A DNA stretch of 64,000 nucleotides from a virus (lineage: Duplodnaviria; Caudoviricetes), in the IMG/VR virus record IMGVR_UViG_3300009183_004565; one strand, given 5' to 3'. Both the position numbers and the translations under genes were made by a program. The notes under the pieces were generated by a model. That model saw nothing but the letters and a program-made list of their open reading frames with translations, was not told the origin of the DNA and made no database searches. Below, piece after piece: positions 55,812 through 64,000 of the stretch (positions are counted from its first letter, which is position 1; each line of letters opens with the position of its first letter).

Positions 55812-56577
55812 TGATAAATTTAATGAAGTCTTCGCTTTGCAAATATTTCTTGCTCATCACATGTAAGTTAGTAACAGGTACTACGTATGCACGATCAACA
55901 TCGCGTATAATTAATTGATTATCTTTTTTAACAATTGATTCTATAGTTTGATCAACTGCTAACATACTACCAGGTATACTGTTTGTGCCAATTGTATATC
56001 CGTTTAATATGATATCAGCCATTGCAAATGCGTAATCATTGCGATAATTGCGTTCTTGTACATTAAACAGTAATTTGTAGTATCTGTAATTTTCTTGTAT
56101 CCTGGCAACTAAATTAAAAAACTGTTCGGCACGATCTGTTTTTCTAAATGCAAATACAGTGGCCCATATATATGGTAAACTGTTTGGGCCCATTGTAGTT
56201 GGCCATTCAACTGTTAACGCATGACTGTTTCTTTGTAGTATATAATCCCAATCAGTTTGGAATATTTGTAATAACGAATTGTCAAGTATCAAGTAATCTG
56301 CATCAATGACTATAGTTTCATCATATGGACTTAGTTCGTATGCTGCATGCCTTCCAAAGTTTTTCCACTCTACAAACTTTCCAAGATCAATATCATAGCG
56401 TGTATTTTGTAAACTTGTATTGATGTCTGTAATTAAAGTTGTAGGTAACTTTAAGATTTTCTCGGCTAGTTTTAAAGTCTTTTCTGCAATGCTTATGTAA
56501 TCTGTTGTTTCTGTATTACAAGCAAAAGCAACTATACCTCTAGACTTTTCGGATCTTTTTGAGTTGCTCATATTCAT
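55804..56577 (-). CDS. GT8-like glycosyltransferase
   Basis: SPYDETIVIDADYL, WATVFAF, RNDYAFA, HVMSK. Confidence 0.65.
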   Translation of the reverse strand: MNMSNSKRSEKSRGIVAFACNTETTDYISIAEKTLKLAEKILKLPTTLITDINTSLQNTRYDIDLGKFVEWKNFGRHAAYELSPYDETIVIDADYLILDNSLLQIFQTDWDYILQRNSHALTVEWPTTMGPNSLPYIWATVFAFRKTDRAEQFFNLVARIQENYRYYKLLFNVQERNYRNDYAFAMADIILNGYTIGTNSIPGSMLAVDQTIESIVKKDNQLIIRDVDRAYVVPVTNLHVMSKKYLQSEDFIKFINE

Positions 56578-56851
56578 TATGCCAACGATTCATTACTTGT
56601 TGATAGTGCTGTTGTGCTGTAACTAGAAATACTTGTCGATCTACAGCAATAGGATTTTGATACGCATCTTCTATATATAATTCGTCAATTGGCCACGTTT
56701 TTACAAACGCAATCAATTCCGGAGTAATTTTAAATAACCCCCCGGCATGTGCTAGATGTAAATCCGTTTGAATTTTTTCCCGCAGAATTTTTTTATTAAT
56801 TTGAAAATCAGTTGCCTGGCGGACTTCACTGACTAAAGATTCAATATTCAT
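56540..56851 (-). CDS. Hypothetical protein
   Basis: First ORF after the promoter at 56880-56909. Confidence 0.55.
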   Translation of the reverse strand: MNIESLVSEVRQATDFQINKKILREKIQTDLHLAHAGGLFKITPELIAFVKTWPIDELYIEDAYQNPIAVDRQVFLVTAQQHYQQVMNRWHNEYEQLKKIRKV

Positions 56852-56879
56852 AGTGTAAATGTAGAAACTGGTTAGCGTA

Positions 56880-56909
56880 ATTATACACTAACCAGCACAA
56901 GAATGTAAA
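56880..56909 (-). promoter_or_regulatory. Sigma70-like promoter heading the GT/radical SAM cluster, overlapped by a hairpin
   Basis: On the - strand TTTACA-18 bp-TATAAT. Inverted repeat CTGGTTAG (56868-56875)/CTAACCAG (56888-56895) followed by TTT could also terminate tail transcripts. Confidence 0.5.
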
Positions 56910-56916
56910 GAGTTTT

Positions 56917-57861
56917 TTAGGTACCTTGGCGGGTAACTGTAACAGCACCCCAGGTATTAGATAAATTGGTAATTTCTGGGTATGATACATCCACCGACAC
57001 AGTCGGAGTAAGACTAAGCGAATCATCAAATGATAATGCACCTGTGCCTTGGGTTGAATTTATGGTTGCCCAAAAACTAATAATGTCACCATTATCGTTA
57101 AATGCTCCTCTGGTACCGTTAGTGCGTACTGTAATAGTGCCAGTGTCGCCGGTATAAGAAGCTGTAGTACTAGTTACCGATACTACAGTAACATTGGCAA
57201 TAGTTAAATTGTAGTAACCAATGTTTGTGGTATTTGTGGCTGTTCCGCCTGCGCCTGTTCTTCCACTGTTAGTATTCGAACGAAATAACGCAATGCCTCC
57301 CATATTATCAACTACTGCTTTTGCAGCTACAGATCTTGCTGCTGCATCCGCTGTAGCGGTAATATTAAATTTTAATCTTCCGCCGGCGTTAAAGAAAAAT
57401 CTTGCTTTATCTGGACTTTCAAATGCCACGTTTGCACCAAAAGATCTAGTAAGTGTAGCTGCAGTTGAGGCGCTAGTCCATGCTGCATATGCCTGACCTG
57501 CTCCTGCTACCGTTGCAGAATTTGATGCGAATGTCAGTCTATCAGTATTGACTCCATTAATTTTGGTTTGTAACGAGCTTACATAGGTAATAACTTGTCC
57601 GGCTGTGTTTGCTGTTAATCCTGAACTGGAACCATTAATGTGTGTATTGGCTGAATTTAATGCATTAACCAAACTGGCCCATTGTGTAGCAGTGACAGTG
57701 CTCAGGGCCGAGACTTGAGATATACTGGTTTGTCCGTACCCTCTACTATTAGCACCCCACGCCCAAGCTCCGTTTAAACTAGTACCAGTGACACTGGTAT
57801 TTGTGCCAACTAAATTATTGTAGTCTACGGCTTCGATTAACCCACCTGATGCATATGACAT
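56917..57861 (-). CDS. Virion structural protein (tail-fibre-associated)
   Basis: T/S/A/G/N-rich; GGLIEAVDYNNL start; within tail block. Confidence 0.6.
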   Translation of the reverse strand: MSYASGGLIEAVDYNNLVGTNTSVTGTSLNGAWAWGANSRGYGQTSISQVSALSTVTATQWASLVNALNSANTHINGSSSGLTANTAGQVITYVSSLQTKINGVNTDRLTFASNSATVAGAGQAYAAWTSASTAATLTRSFGANVAFESPDKARFFFNAGGRLKFNITATADAAARSVAAKAVVDNMGGIALFRSNTNSGRTGAGGTATNTTNIGYYNLTIANVTVVSVTSTTASYTGDTGTITVRTNGTRGAFNDNGDIISFWATINSTQGTGALSFDDSLSLTPTVSVDVSYPEITNLSNTWGAVTVTRQGT

Positions 57862-57875
57862 TTAACTCGTCCTTA

Positions 57876-59378
57876 TTAACTATTTAACTTGACAATAGCT
57901 TCAATGGTTCCTTCGCTACTATCCAGTTTATCTTCGAGACTCCGACCAATGACGTTCCACGGAGTTAACTCATTTTTAGATGCAGCTCTGGCAATGCCAT
58001 TACCAGCCGAAACTAATCTATCACCTTTTTTGATTTTACCAATTACACGAACCGGAACTCGGCCACTTACTGCCACCGGGGGATGAGTGTCATCCGATCC
58101 TGCGCCGCCATTCATTAGATATGCTGCTCGTGTACTTATGACACCAAATACTTCTTCACTTAAATCTGCTGTCACTCTAGTAATCTCAGCCGAGCCACCC
58201 AGCTCAACTACAGTGCCTGCCGAGTACGGCTGGTCTGCTTCAAATCTTTCGGCCAAGTCAGCATATTGAGCTGTAATTGATGTACCACGGAATGTGCCTG
58301 CCCATACATTAGCAAACCAACTTGTTGAGCTTCCTAAACTATATGTTAAGTTGGCTGATGGTAAGATGTTAGCAGCAAATGAGCTTGTGCCAGTTCCTCC
58401 GCCTAATACTGTATCAACATAATCTTTGGTTGCAAAACTGTATCCATTTGATGCAGCAGTTGGATTAGCATATGCTTCTGCCAGACCAGAAGTTGAGTTG
58501 CCTCTCAAGAAAGGAGAGTTTGTTGAGGATCTTTTAACACTTAATACAAGATCTTTATTATTGGTTACATTTCGTAATGTTACTACTCCGCTACTGACAA
58601 ATCCTTCAAAGTCACTTGCTGCTCCAAATTTTAGGCCTGTGTCGTTGGTCAATGTTAGTGATCCATTGATTACTCCACTTTGATCGTTTCTTAAGAAGCT
58701 TGATGCCGGGATACTAACGCCACTGACATTTAAATTATTTGCTAAGTCGGCATTACCATAAAATGCTTGGGAAATTGCTGTGCTCAGATTTAGACCACGG
58801 TTGATAACTGAAAATCCTGACACAGCAGTAGTAAATGATGATTCCTTGCTCCAAATACCAACTAGTGTATTGTCAATATAAAATTTTAAAACTACGTAAG
58901 TAGCGGCAGGGGATAAAGAAACAATAGTGTCAGGAATAGCACCGCTATTACCTGTAGCAGCCGCAGCAGCCGGACCAATTGTTGTCCAAGTTGATCCGTT
59001 CCACACTTTTAGCTGAGTATTAACAGTATCCCACCATTGCTCGCCGGTAATTGGACTACTAGGTGCACTAGAACTAGCAGCCATTGTGACCATGGTTTTC
59101 CATGCAGCATTGGCAGTTCCTTTTGTGGTAGCAACATTTATTTTTAAATACTTGCCACTAGAATCCCACCATAGTTGCCCTGGTACAGGTGCAGTAGGTG
59201 CGCTTGATTTTGCAAAATTTTCCATTAGTTGCACAAAATTTTGATTTAAAAATACACCGTATCCGGGGTAGTTTTTACCAACTAATGTTAAACTAGAACT
59301 TGTAGTGTCAATTGTACCATCAGCTAATCCACCTGAGATAAGTGCAGTACCGTTTGACAAATTAATGTTATAAGCCAT
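57876..59378 (-). CDS. Tail fibre protein with C-terminal chaperone/auto-cleavage-like domain
   Basis: N-terminal anchor (NFVQLMENFA..P..P..GQLWWD); C-terminal YADLAERFEAD...GTVVELGG...GRVPVRVIG..KKGDRLVS. Confidence 0.75.
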   Translation of the reverse strand: MAYNINLSNGTALISGGLADGTIDTTSSSLTLVGKNYPGYGVFLNQNFVQLMENFAKSSAPTAPVPGQLWWDSSGKYLKINVATTKGTANAAWKTMVTMAASSSAPSSPITGEQWWDTVNTQLKVWNGSTWTTIGPAAAAATGNSGAIPDTIVSLSPAATYVVLKFYIDNTLVGIWSKESSFTTAVSGFSVINRGLNLSTAISQAFYGNADLANNLNVSGVSIPASSFLRNDQSGVINGSLTLTNDTGLKFGAASDFEGFVSSGVVTLRNVTNNKDLVLSVKRSSTNSPFLRGNSTSGLAEAYANPTAASNGYSFATKDYVDTVLGGGTGTSSFAANILPSANLTYSLGSSTSWFANVWAGTFRGTSITAQYADLAERFEADQPYSAGTVVELGGSAEITRVTADLSEEVFGVISTRAAYLMNGGAGSDDTHPPVAVSGRVPVRVIGKIKKGDRLVSAGNGIARAASKNELTPWNVIGRSLEDKLDSSEGTIEAIVKLNS

Positions 59379-59422
59379 TTTTTATATTCTCCGACTTTGT
59401 TATTTATGCATTTATAATCGAC

Positions 59423-61261
59423 TCAACTATGAGTTCTTGCCACTGAGCCGTAATTTGTAGTTTGTTCCGTAAATTCTGTTAAAGTTTTATCGCCTGTACT
59501 GCGAATTGGGTACCAAAAGCCGTTTTGCTTGATGTACGCAGTTGTTATTGATCGCCAAGCACCCGACACTTTTACATAAGCAGCGGTAACTTGACGCCAT
59601 GTTCCTGCAACTTTGACTGCAGATACCGCTACAGAATCAGCTTCTGCTGTAAAGACTAGTACCGCGTAACCAGGATTACCTTTATTATTATTGGTTCCCC
59701 CGGATGCCACACCAGAAACATAGTATTGCAAGTTTGTTCCAGTTTGTGCAATCGAAGATGGCAGATTGCCACCAGTTTGTCCAGCCTCTGCTCCCGAATC
59801 TCCTGAATTACATCTACCGCCCTCGCCTCCAGGATATCCGCCCCCACCAGCTCCACCAGTGCCGCCATCGTCTCCTCTACTCTGTCCGTTTTCTCCTCGC
59901 CATTCTGTTGGGACTGTTATTCCAACGTTAAATGATGCTGAAATTGTTGCAGTAAGAGATGTCTTTTCTACTGCAGGAGTGGATCCATTCTTGATCCCAA
60001 TAAAAATATGAGAGTTTCTTGCACTACTCCAAGTTTGTGTTGAGGTACCCCCAAATTGGGAATTTAACAATGTACGTGTGCCAGAACTTAATGATGATGC
60101 GTCCCACTGAACAATAACCACTATTTTTCCATTTGATACCAAAGTTAGTGCAGAAGTAAGTGCATTTGAATTTCCGGCTGCGTATGTATCGTATGTTGTT
60201 TTACTCTCTAATGCTAGTGTACTGGGATTAAAAACAGCTAGAGTATGACCTCTGGTTAAACCATAGATCACATAACTGTCATTAACTGACACCCATCCTT
60301 GACTTGTATCACGGTTTACATTAAAATTACTAGTTTGTACTTTTATTGCTCCGGTTGTTGCCATTGCATTATTTTCAATCGAGGCATGTTTGCCATTGAC
60401 ATTGGTTTTACTTCCGGCTCCGCCGCCGCCACCGCCGCCTCCGGCAACAGCAACAACTTGTCCGTTGACTAATACTGCAGATGCACCGCCACCGCCGCCT
60501 CCGGCGCCGGACACTGGGCCATTTCCACCAGTTCCACCGTTAAAGGACTTACTGCTTTGACTATCAATGTTAATTCTACTTTTGCCGCCCGCTCCGCCTA
60601 TTTGCGGCCTTCCGCTTATACCTGGTTGTCCGCCAGAACCAATTATCACTTCAATTACAGCATTTTTACTAAAGTCGACTGTATGCGTGTTATATAACCC
60701 CGGACTGCCGTTACCACCAACGTAATAATCATTACTACCGCCACCTCCTCCGCCGCCCCATAAGTGCATAGTCACACTGCCATTAAATGGCATTGTTAAC
60801 GTATATCTACCAACGTCAGGATCGGGGGTCACTGATGCATAAGTTCTGGTATCCCATATAAGTGTGTCGCTGCTATTACTAATAGTCACTGCAATGCCAG
60901 CAACATCTCCACCATTTGAAACAACAAATTTTAGTACATGGGCACCTGCTGTTAAAGTTTTTGCCACTCTAGTGGGAGTTTGATTAAAGTTAGCAGTATC
61001 ACCAATTAATACGTCATCAACGTAAATTGATGCCGAATTGTCAACCGTTGATCTAAAGTAGTAAGTGCCTGTGTATGTGGCTGTAAAAGTTCTTTTAATA
61101 GTAAAGCTGGCAACTTGATTATCAGTGGTAGGCCAAACTGCGTAAGTATTTTGGAAGCTGCCCCAACGACCGTCGGACCGTGGATATAAAGTACTGGGAG
61201 TATTTTCTCCATTGCCTGGTTGAAAAGTAAATTTTTTGACTATAGGGCGTGGTGCTGTCAT
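59423..61261 (-). CDS. Tail/receptor-binding protein: PA14-like domain, Gly-rich segments, ILEI/PANDER-like domain
   Basis: GTYYFRSTVDNSASIYVDD (PA14-like); RGHTLAVFNP...YDTY...SHIFIG (ILEI-like); poly-Gly runs. Confidence 0.6.
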   Translation of the reverse strand: MTAPRPIVKKFTFQPGNGENTPSTLYPRSDGRWGSFQNTYAVWPTTDNQVASFTIKRTFTATYTGTYYFRSTVDNSASIYVDDVLIGDTANFNQTPTRVAKTLTAGAHVLKFVVSNGGDVAGIAVTISNSSDTLIWDTRTYASVTPDPDVGRYTLTMPFNGSVTMHLWGGGGGGGSNDYYVGGNGSPGLYNTHTVDFSKNAVIEVIIGSGGQPGISGRPQIGGAGGKSRINIDSQSSKSFNGGTGGNGPVSGAGGGGGGASAVLVNGQVVAVAGGGGGGGGAGSKTNVNGKHASIENNAMATTGAIKVQTSNFNVNRDTSQGWVSVNDSYVIYGLTRGHTLAVFNPSTLALESKTTYDTYAAGNSNALTSALTLVSNGKIVVIVQWDASSLSSGTRTLLNSQFGGTSTQTWSSARNSHIFIGIKNGSTPAVEKTSLTATISASFNVGITVPTEWRGENGQSRGDDGGTGGAGGGGYPGGEGGRCNSGDSGAEAGQTGGNLPSSIAQTGTNLQYYVSGVASGGTNNNKGNPGYAVLVFTAEADSVAVSAVKVAGTWRQVTAAYVKVSGAWRSITTAYIKQNGFWYPIRSTGDKTLTEFTEQTTNYGSVARTHS

Positions 61262-61264
61262 GGG

Positions 61265-62380
61265 TTAGCTATATTTTAACCAAAGATCACCATCACTTCC
61301 ATCTGTAGATGTTGGATCGTCTGTAGATACAAATTTCTGACTACCGTCCCAGTAAATTTCTCTAGCACGAACGTATGCAGTAGTTGCAACTACAGTTGAG
61401 TTTTCAGAACTTGACGGAGTTGGTGCACGGACTGTGCCTGTAAAAGTAGGACCAGCTATGTTAGCTTTATCAGACACAGCAGTTGAAATATTTGATTGTA
61501 CAGCAATTCCAAGCGCAGTAATTGATGCATTAGCAGCGATAACATTTGCATTAATTAGATTAATATTTGCTTGCACCAGAGCAACATTGGCCAGCATTGC
61601 AGTTTCAACTGCCTTGGTCTGATTGACTCTAATTCCTAAATTGGCATTGATAGTGTTAACATTTGCTTGTATTGCTGTGCTAATTGCACTATTAATTGAG
61701 TCAACTCGTGTAATAGTATCCTTGAGTGCAATCTGTACATTTGCTGCAGTTATACGTGCCAGTAAACTATTTTCTTCTCCAACACGAACAACCAAATTTG
61801 CATTAATAATAGCGACGTTTGCTGCCAATGCAACATTTGCTCCGCTACTGGATTTTGCAATTTCGCTATCAACATAAATTTTAGTTGTTACACCAAAACT
61901 ATTAGTGGCGTTAGCATTAACTGTAATCAATCCAGTAGAGCCATCTAAATGTAAAGTATTTGTATAAGTGCCACCGGCGTTACTAAAAAAACTAATATTA
62001 CCGTTTGACACTTTGTTGCTTATAGTTACATTGCCATCATAATCTTGTATCTTAAAACTGTTAGGTCCAATTAATAAATTTCCAGATAACGCAATATTTC
62101 CAACAATGTCGCTGCCCACAGTGGTCCATGTACCTAAACTTGCATCGTATACTTTAAGATTATTAATTGATGTATCATACCAGGCTTGCCCGGTTAATGG
62201 GTTTGCTGGAGCTGTATCTAGTGCAAAATTTTCTAACAGCCAAACAAAATTTTCATTGGTGTTTTCGCCATATGATTGCACTAATCTACCAAACAAGGTT
62301 AAACTAGTTGAGGATGTATCTTTAGTGCCATCTAAGACTAATATAGAGGTGCCGTCGGTTTTGTTTACATAGTAAGCCAT
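61265..62380 (-). CDS. Tail fibre/baseplate protein with coiled-coil stalk
   Basis: N-terminus paralogous to 57876-59378 (NFVWLLENFA..P..P..GQAWYD); A/N/I/V heptad-like stretch. Confidence 0.65.
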   Translation of the reverse strand: MAYYVNKTDGTSILVLDGTKDTSSTSLTLFGRLVQSYGENTNENFVWLLENFALDTAPANPLTGQAWYDTSINNLKVYDASLGTWTTVGSDIVGNIALSGNLLIGPNSFKIQDYDGNVTISNKVSNGNISFFSNAGGTYTNTLHLDGSTGLITVNANATNSFGVTTKIYVDSEIAKSSSGANVALAANVAIINANLVVRVGEENSLLARITAANVQIALKDTITRVDSINSAISTAIQANVNTINANLGIRVNQTKAVETAMLANVALVQANINLINANVIAANASITALGIAVQSNISTAVSDKANIAGPTFTGTVRAPTPSSSENSTVVATTAYVRAREIYWDGSQKFVSTDDPTSTDGSDGDLWLKYS

Positions 62381-62384
62381 AATA

Positions 62385-63053
62385 TTATCCTATAGAACTT
62401 AAATTGGTTAATGTCTGGATTCTTACAGTATAATCAATTTGAATTAATCTATTCAGTGACTTTTGAACCGGATGAAAAATCACGTGCGTAAGTAACTTAC
62501 CTGTTGTAAGTAGTCCTGATGTTCCGTCAGTACTTCTTGCTTTTAGTCCTAGTTCATCAAATGTATAGGTATCTTCAAGTGTGGTTGAATTATCAAAAGC
62601 AGATTGTCCTGAGGGTTCGCCATAATCTAATGAACAACTAATCACAATGTCTGTGTACACTCTACCAGGTGTGTGTCTAATTTCAATTTTGTTACGAGCA
62701 GGGTCAGAATTTAGTGCGCTTGTATTATCTACAATTTTGGCGAAAGTTGGATTGTATAAGTTGCTGTTACTTGTATTTGTGTTTGACGGGAGATAGTTGA
62801 TAATACCGGTGGGATCAATGCTGGTCCCACCATTACCAAAATGCATCTCATATATGTAACTTTGTCCTTTATTGGCCAAGCAATAGGCTATTGCTTCAGA
62901 AATATTTTCGTAATGAATGGCATTTCGTTTGTTAACAAAAACCTCTCCAGATTCTGGATCAAATATTTTAATATGTCCTTCAACATGAAGGCCGCTATTT
63001 TCGTCAGGCGTTGACAGTGTATCTTGGGGTAAAGTTTCCATTTTTTCTTCCAT
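62385..63053 (-). CDS. Putative baseplate/tail structural protein
   Basis: ATAAATA at 63065-63059 just upstream of ATG 63053; located in tail block. Confidence 0.5.
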   Translation of the reverse strand: MEEKMETLPQDTLSTPDENSGLHVEGHIKIFDPESGEVFVNKRNAIHYENISEAIAYCLANKGQSYIYEMHFGNGGTSIDPTGIINYLPSNTNTSNSNLYNPTFAKIVDNTSALNSDPARNKIEIRHTPGRVYTDIVISCSLDYGEPSGQSAFDNSTTLEDTYTFDELGLKARSTDGTSGLLTTGKLLTHVIFHPVQKSLNRLIQIDYTVRIQTLTNLSSIG

Positions 63054-63076
63054 ATCATTATTTATCTGTGGGTTTA

Positions 63077-64000
63077 TCATGGTATATAACTTGGCTCCAC
63101 TCTAATAAATTGTGCTCCTGTTGTGGTGCTGTTTTGTAATGTAGTACCAAATTGTTCCCAAATATTACTTCTAAATACGCTTACTGAGTTAAGAACTACA
63201 TTGCCATTTGAGTTTATTGTGCCTAACGGAACCAATGCTAATATATTCGCAGTAGTGGTGGTTGTACTGGTTGTAGAAAGAACATTTACTCTAAACATTG
63301 CAGCATTTGCAGCCACTGGTGCTGTATAAGTTGTTGTGGTATAGGTATAAGTGAAAGTATTAGCGTATGTTGTGAAAGTGTCGTATGCACTAATTTGATC
63401 TAAGTTACTATCAGATATAAACACACGGGTGCCGTCCGGCTTCCAAAATATACCTGTAGGAGTTGGGCCACTAGATAACACTACTGAGCTATCTATTAAT
63501 GTAATTGTAGCAGGATCCCATGCTGTGGCTAGATCATATTCTCTTATACGATCGTTTACACTACCCACAACGAACATTTTTAGTCCATCTGGGTGGAAGT
63601 GTAATCCAGTCGGAGTTGTTTCAATTGAAGAGATCGAAGCACTTTGTGAGTAATAGGCAGCGGTATTAACTTGCCATGGCGTGGTCATATCGTAACGCTT
63701 GACTATGTCTGCGCTTGAGCCAACAATATAATAACTTGAGCCGTCTGGTCTAAAGAACAACGCCTGCGGACTAGTTTCGCTGGTACCACCTGATGTTGTT
63801 TGTATTGAGGCACCCACATTGCTGGCTGTGTTCACTCGCCATGGTGTGCTCAATGTGTACTCGTATACTCTGTCGTTACTACTTCCCGTTATGTACATCT
63901 TGGTACCATCTGACTTGAAGAACAGTCCGGTGCCTGTGGACTCTTGTGAACTTATACTGATGAGCGCCACATAGTTGGCTGTGGTTACGTCCCAGGCTGA
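63077..64000 (-). CDS. Structural protein with beta-propeller repeats (5'-truncated by window edge)
   Basis: Repeated FxPDGxxxY/F..G...D.V..Y.LxTPW units; frame open to base 64000. Confidence 0.7.
   Translation of the reverse strand, partial: SAWDVTTANYVALISISSQESTGTGLFFKSDGTKMYITGSSNDRVYEYTLSTPWRVNTASNVGASIQTTSGGTSETSPQALFFRPDGSSYYIVGSSADIVKRYDMTTPWQVNTAAYYSQSASISSIETTPTGLHFHPDGLKMFVVGSVNDRIREYDLATAWDPATITLIDSSVVLSSGPTPTGIFWKPDGTRVFISDSNLDQISAYDTFTTYANTFTYTYTTTTYTAPVAANAAMFRVNVLSTTSTTTTTANILALVPLGTINSNGNVVLNSVSVFRSNIWEQFGTTLQNSTTTGAQFIRVEPSYIP

Noticed and set aside
59690-60790. CCG/CCA-rich repeats as a mobile or structural DNA repeat
   Set aside because: They simply encode poly-Gly runs of the tail protein on the - strand
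424-63653. Numerous short antisense or alternative-frame ORFs in the six-frame track (e.g. 424-819, 20675-21049, 27569-28075, 41632-42141)
   Set aside because: They lie wholly within well-supported genes, lack RBS or motifs, and are expected shadow ORFs
1-64000. CRISPR array, tRNA or rRNA genes
   Set aside because: No regularly spaced non-coding repeats or cloverleaf-like sequences seen; all repeats found are in coding frames

Overview
This is a gene-dense, AT-rich segment of a large dsDNA tailed phage, probably a distant T4-like myovirus. It has a sliding-clamp-like gene, a T4-type RNase H, DHFR/ThyA/dCMP deaminase, sigma70-like early promoters, (A/G/T)TAAATA late-promoter-like boxes, and tail/baseplate genes at the right end. 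The + strand (1-36 kb) carries a 7-deazaguanine DNA-modification locus: a dpdA/TGT-like gene, folE, queD, queE and a QueD paralogue with the LxxxHRHxF DpdL-type motif; I see no queC in the window. This locus is interleaved with three sulfotransferases, a 2OG-Fe(II) oxygenase, a GT-B glycosyltransferase, GalE, a compact DegT-type aminotransferase, a phosphoribosyltransferase and a B12-type radical SAM enzyme. A riboswitch-like leader precedes queD. After it come early genes, a MoxR/VWA pair and dTMP synthesis genes. The - strand (36-64 kb) runs from tail-fibre genes into a ~20 kb tailoring cluster: GT8-like and GT-A glycosyltransferases, six SPASM/twitch radical SAM paralogues, SGNH-like proteins, a NodU/CmcH carbamoyltransferase, an APS kinase with a small HxGH nucleotidyltransferase, and a GT-module concatemer. 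The strongest candidates for undescribed biology are (i) a QueC-less, possibly glycosylated or sulfated deazaguanine hypermodification with its own RNA leader, (ii) a virion-linked glycan-tailoring cluster with its own PAPS supply and a radical SAM array, and (iii) a His/Glu-motif protein family that always sits next to a radical SAM gene. All family calls come from motif recognition only; no searches were run.
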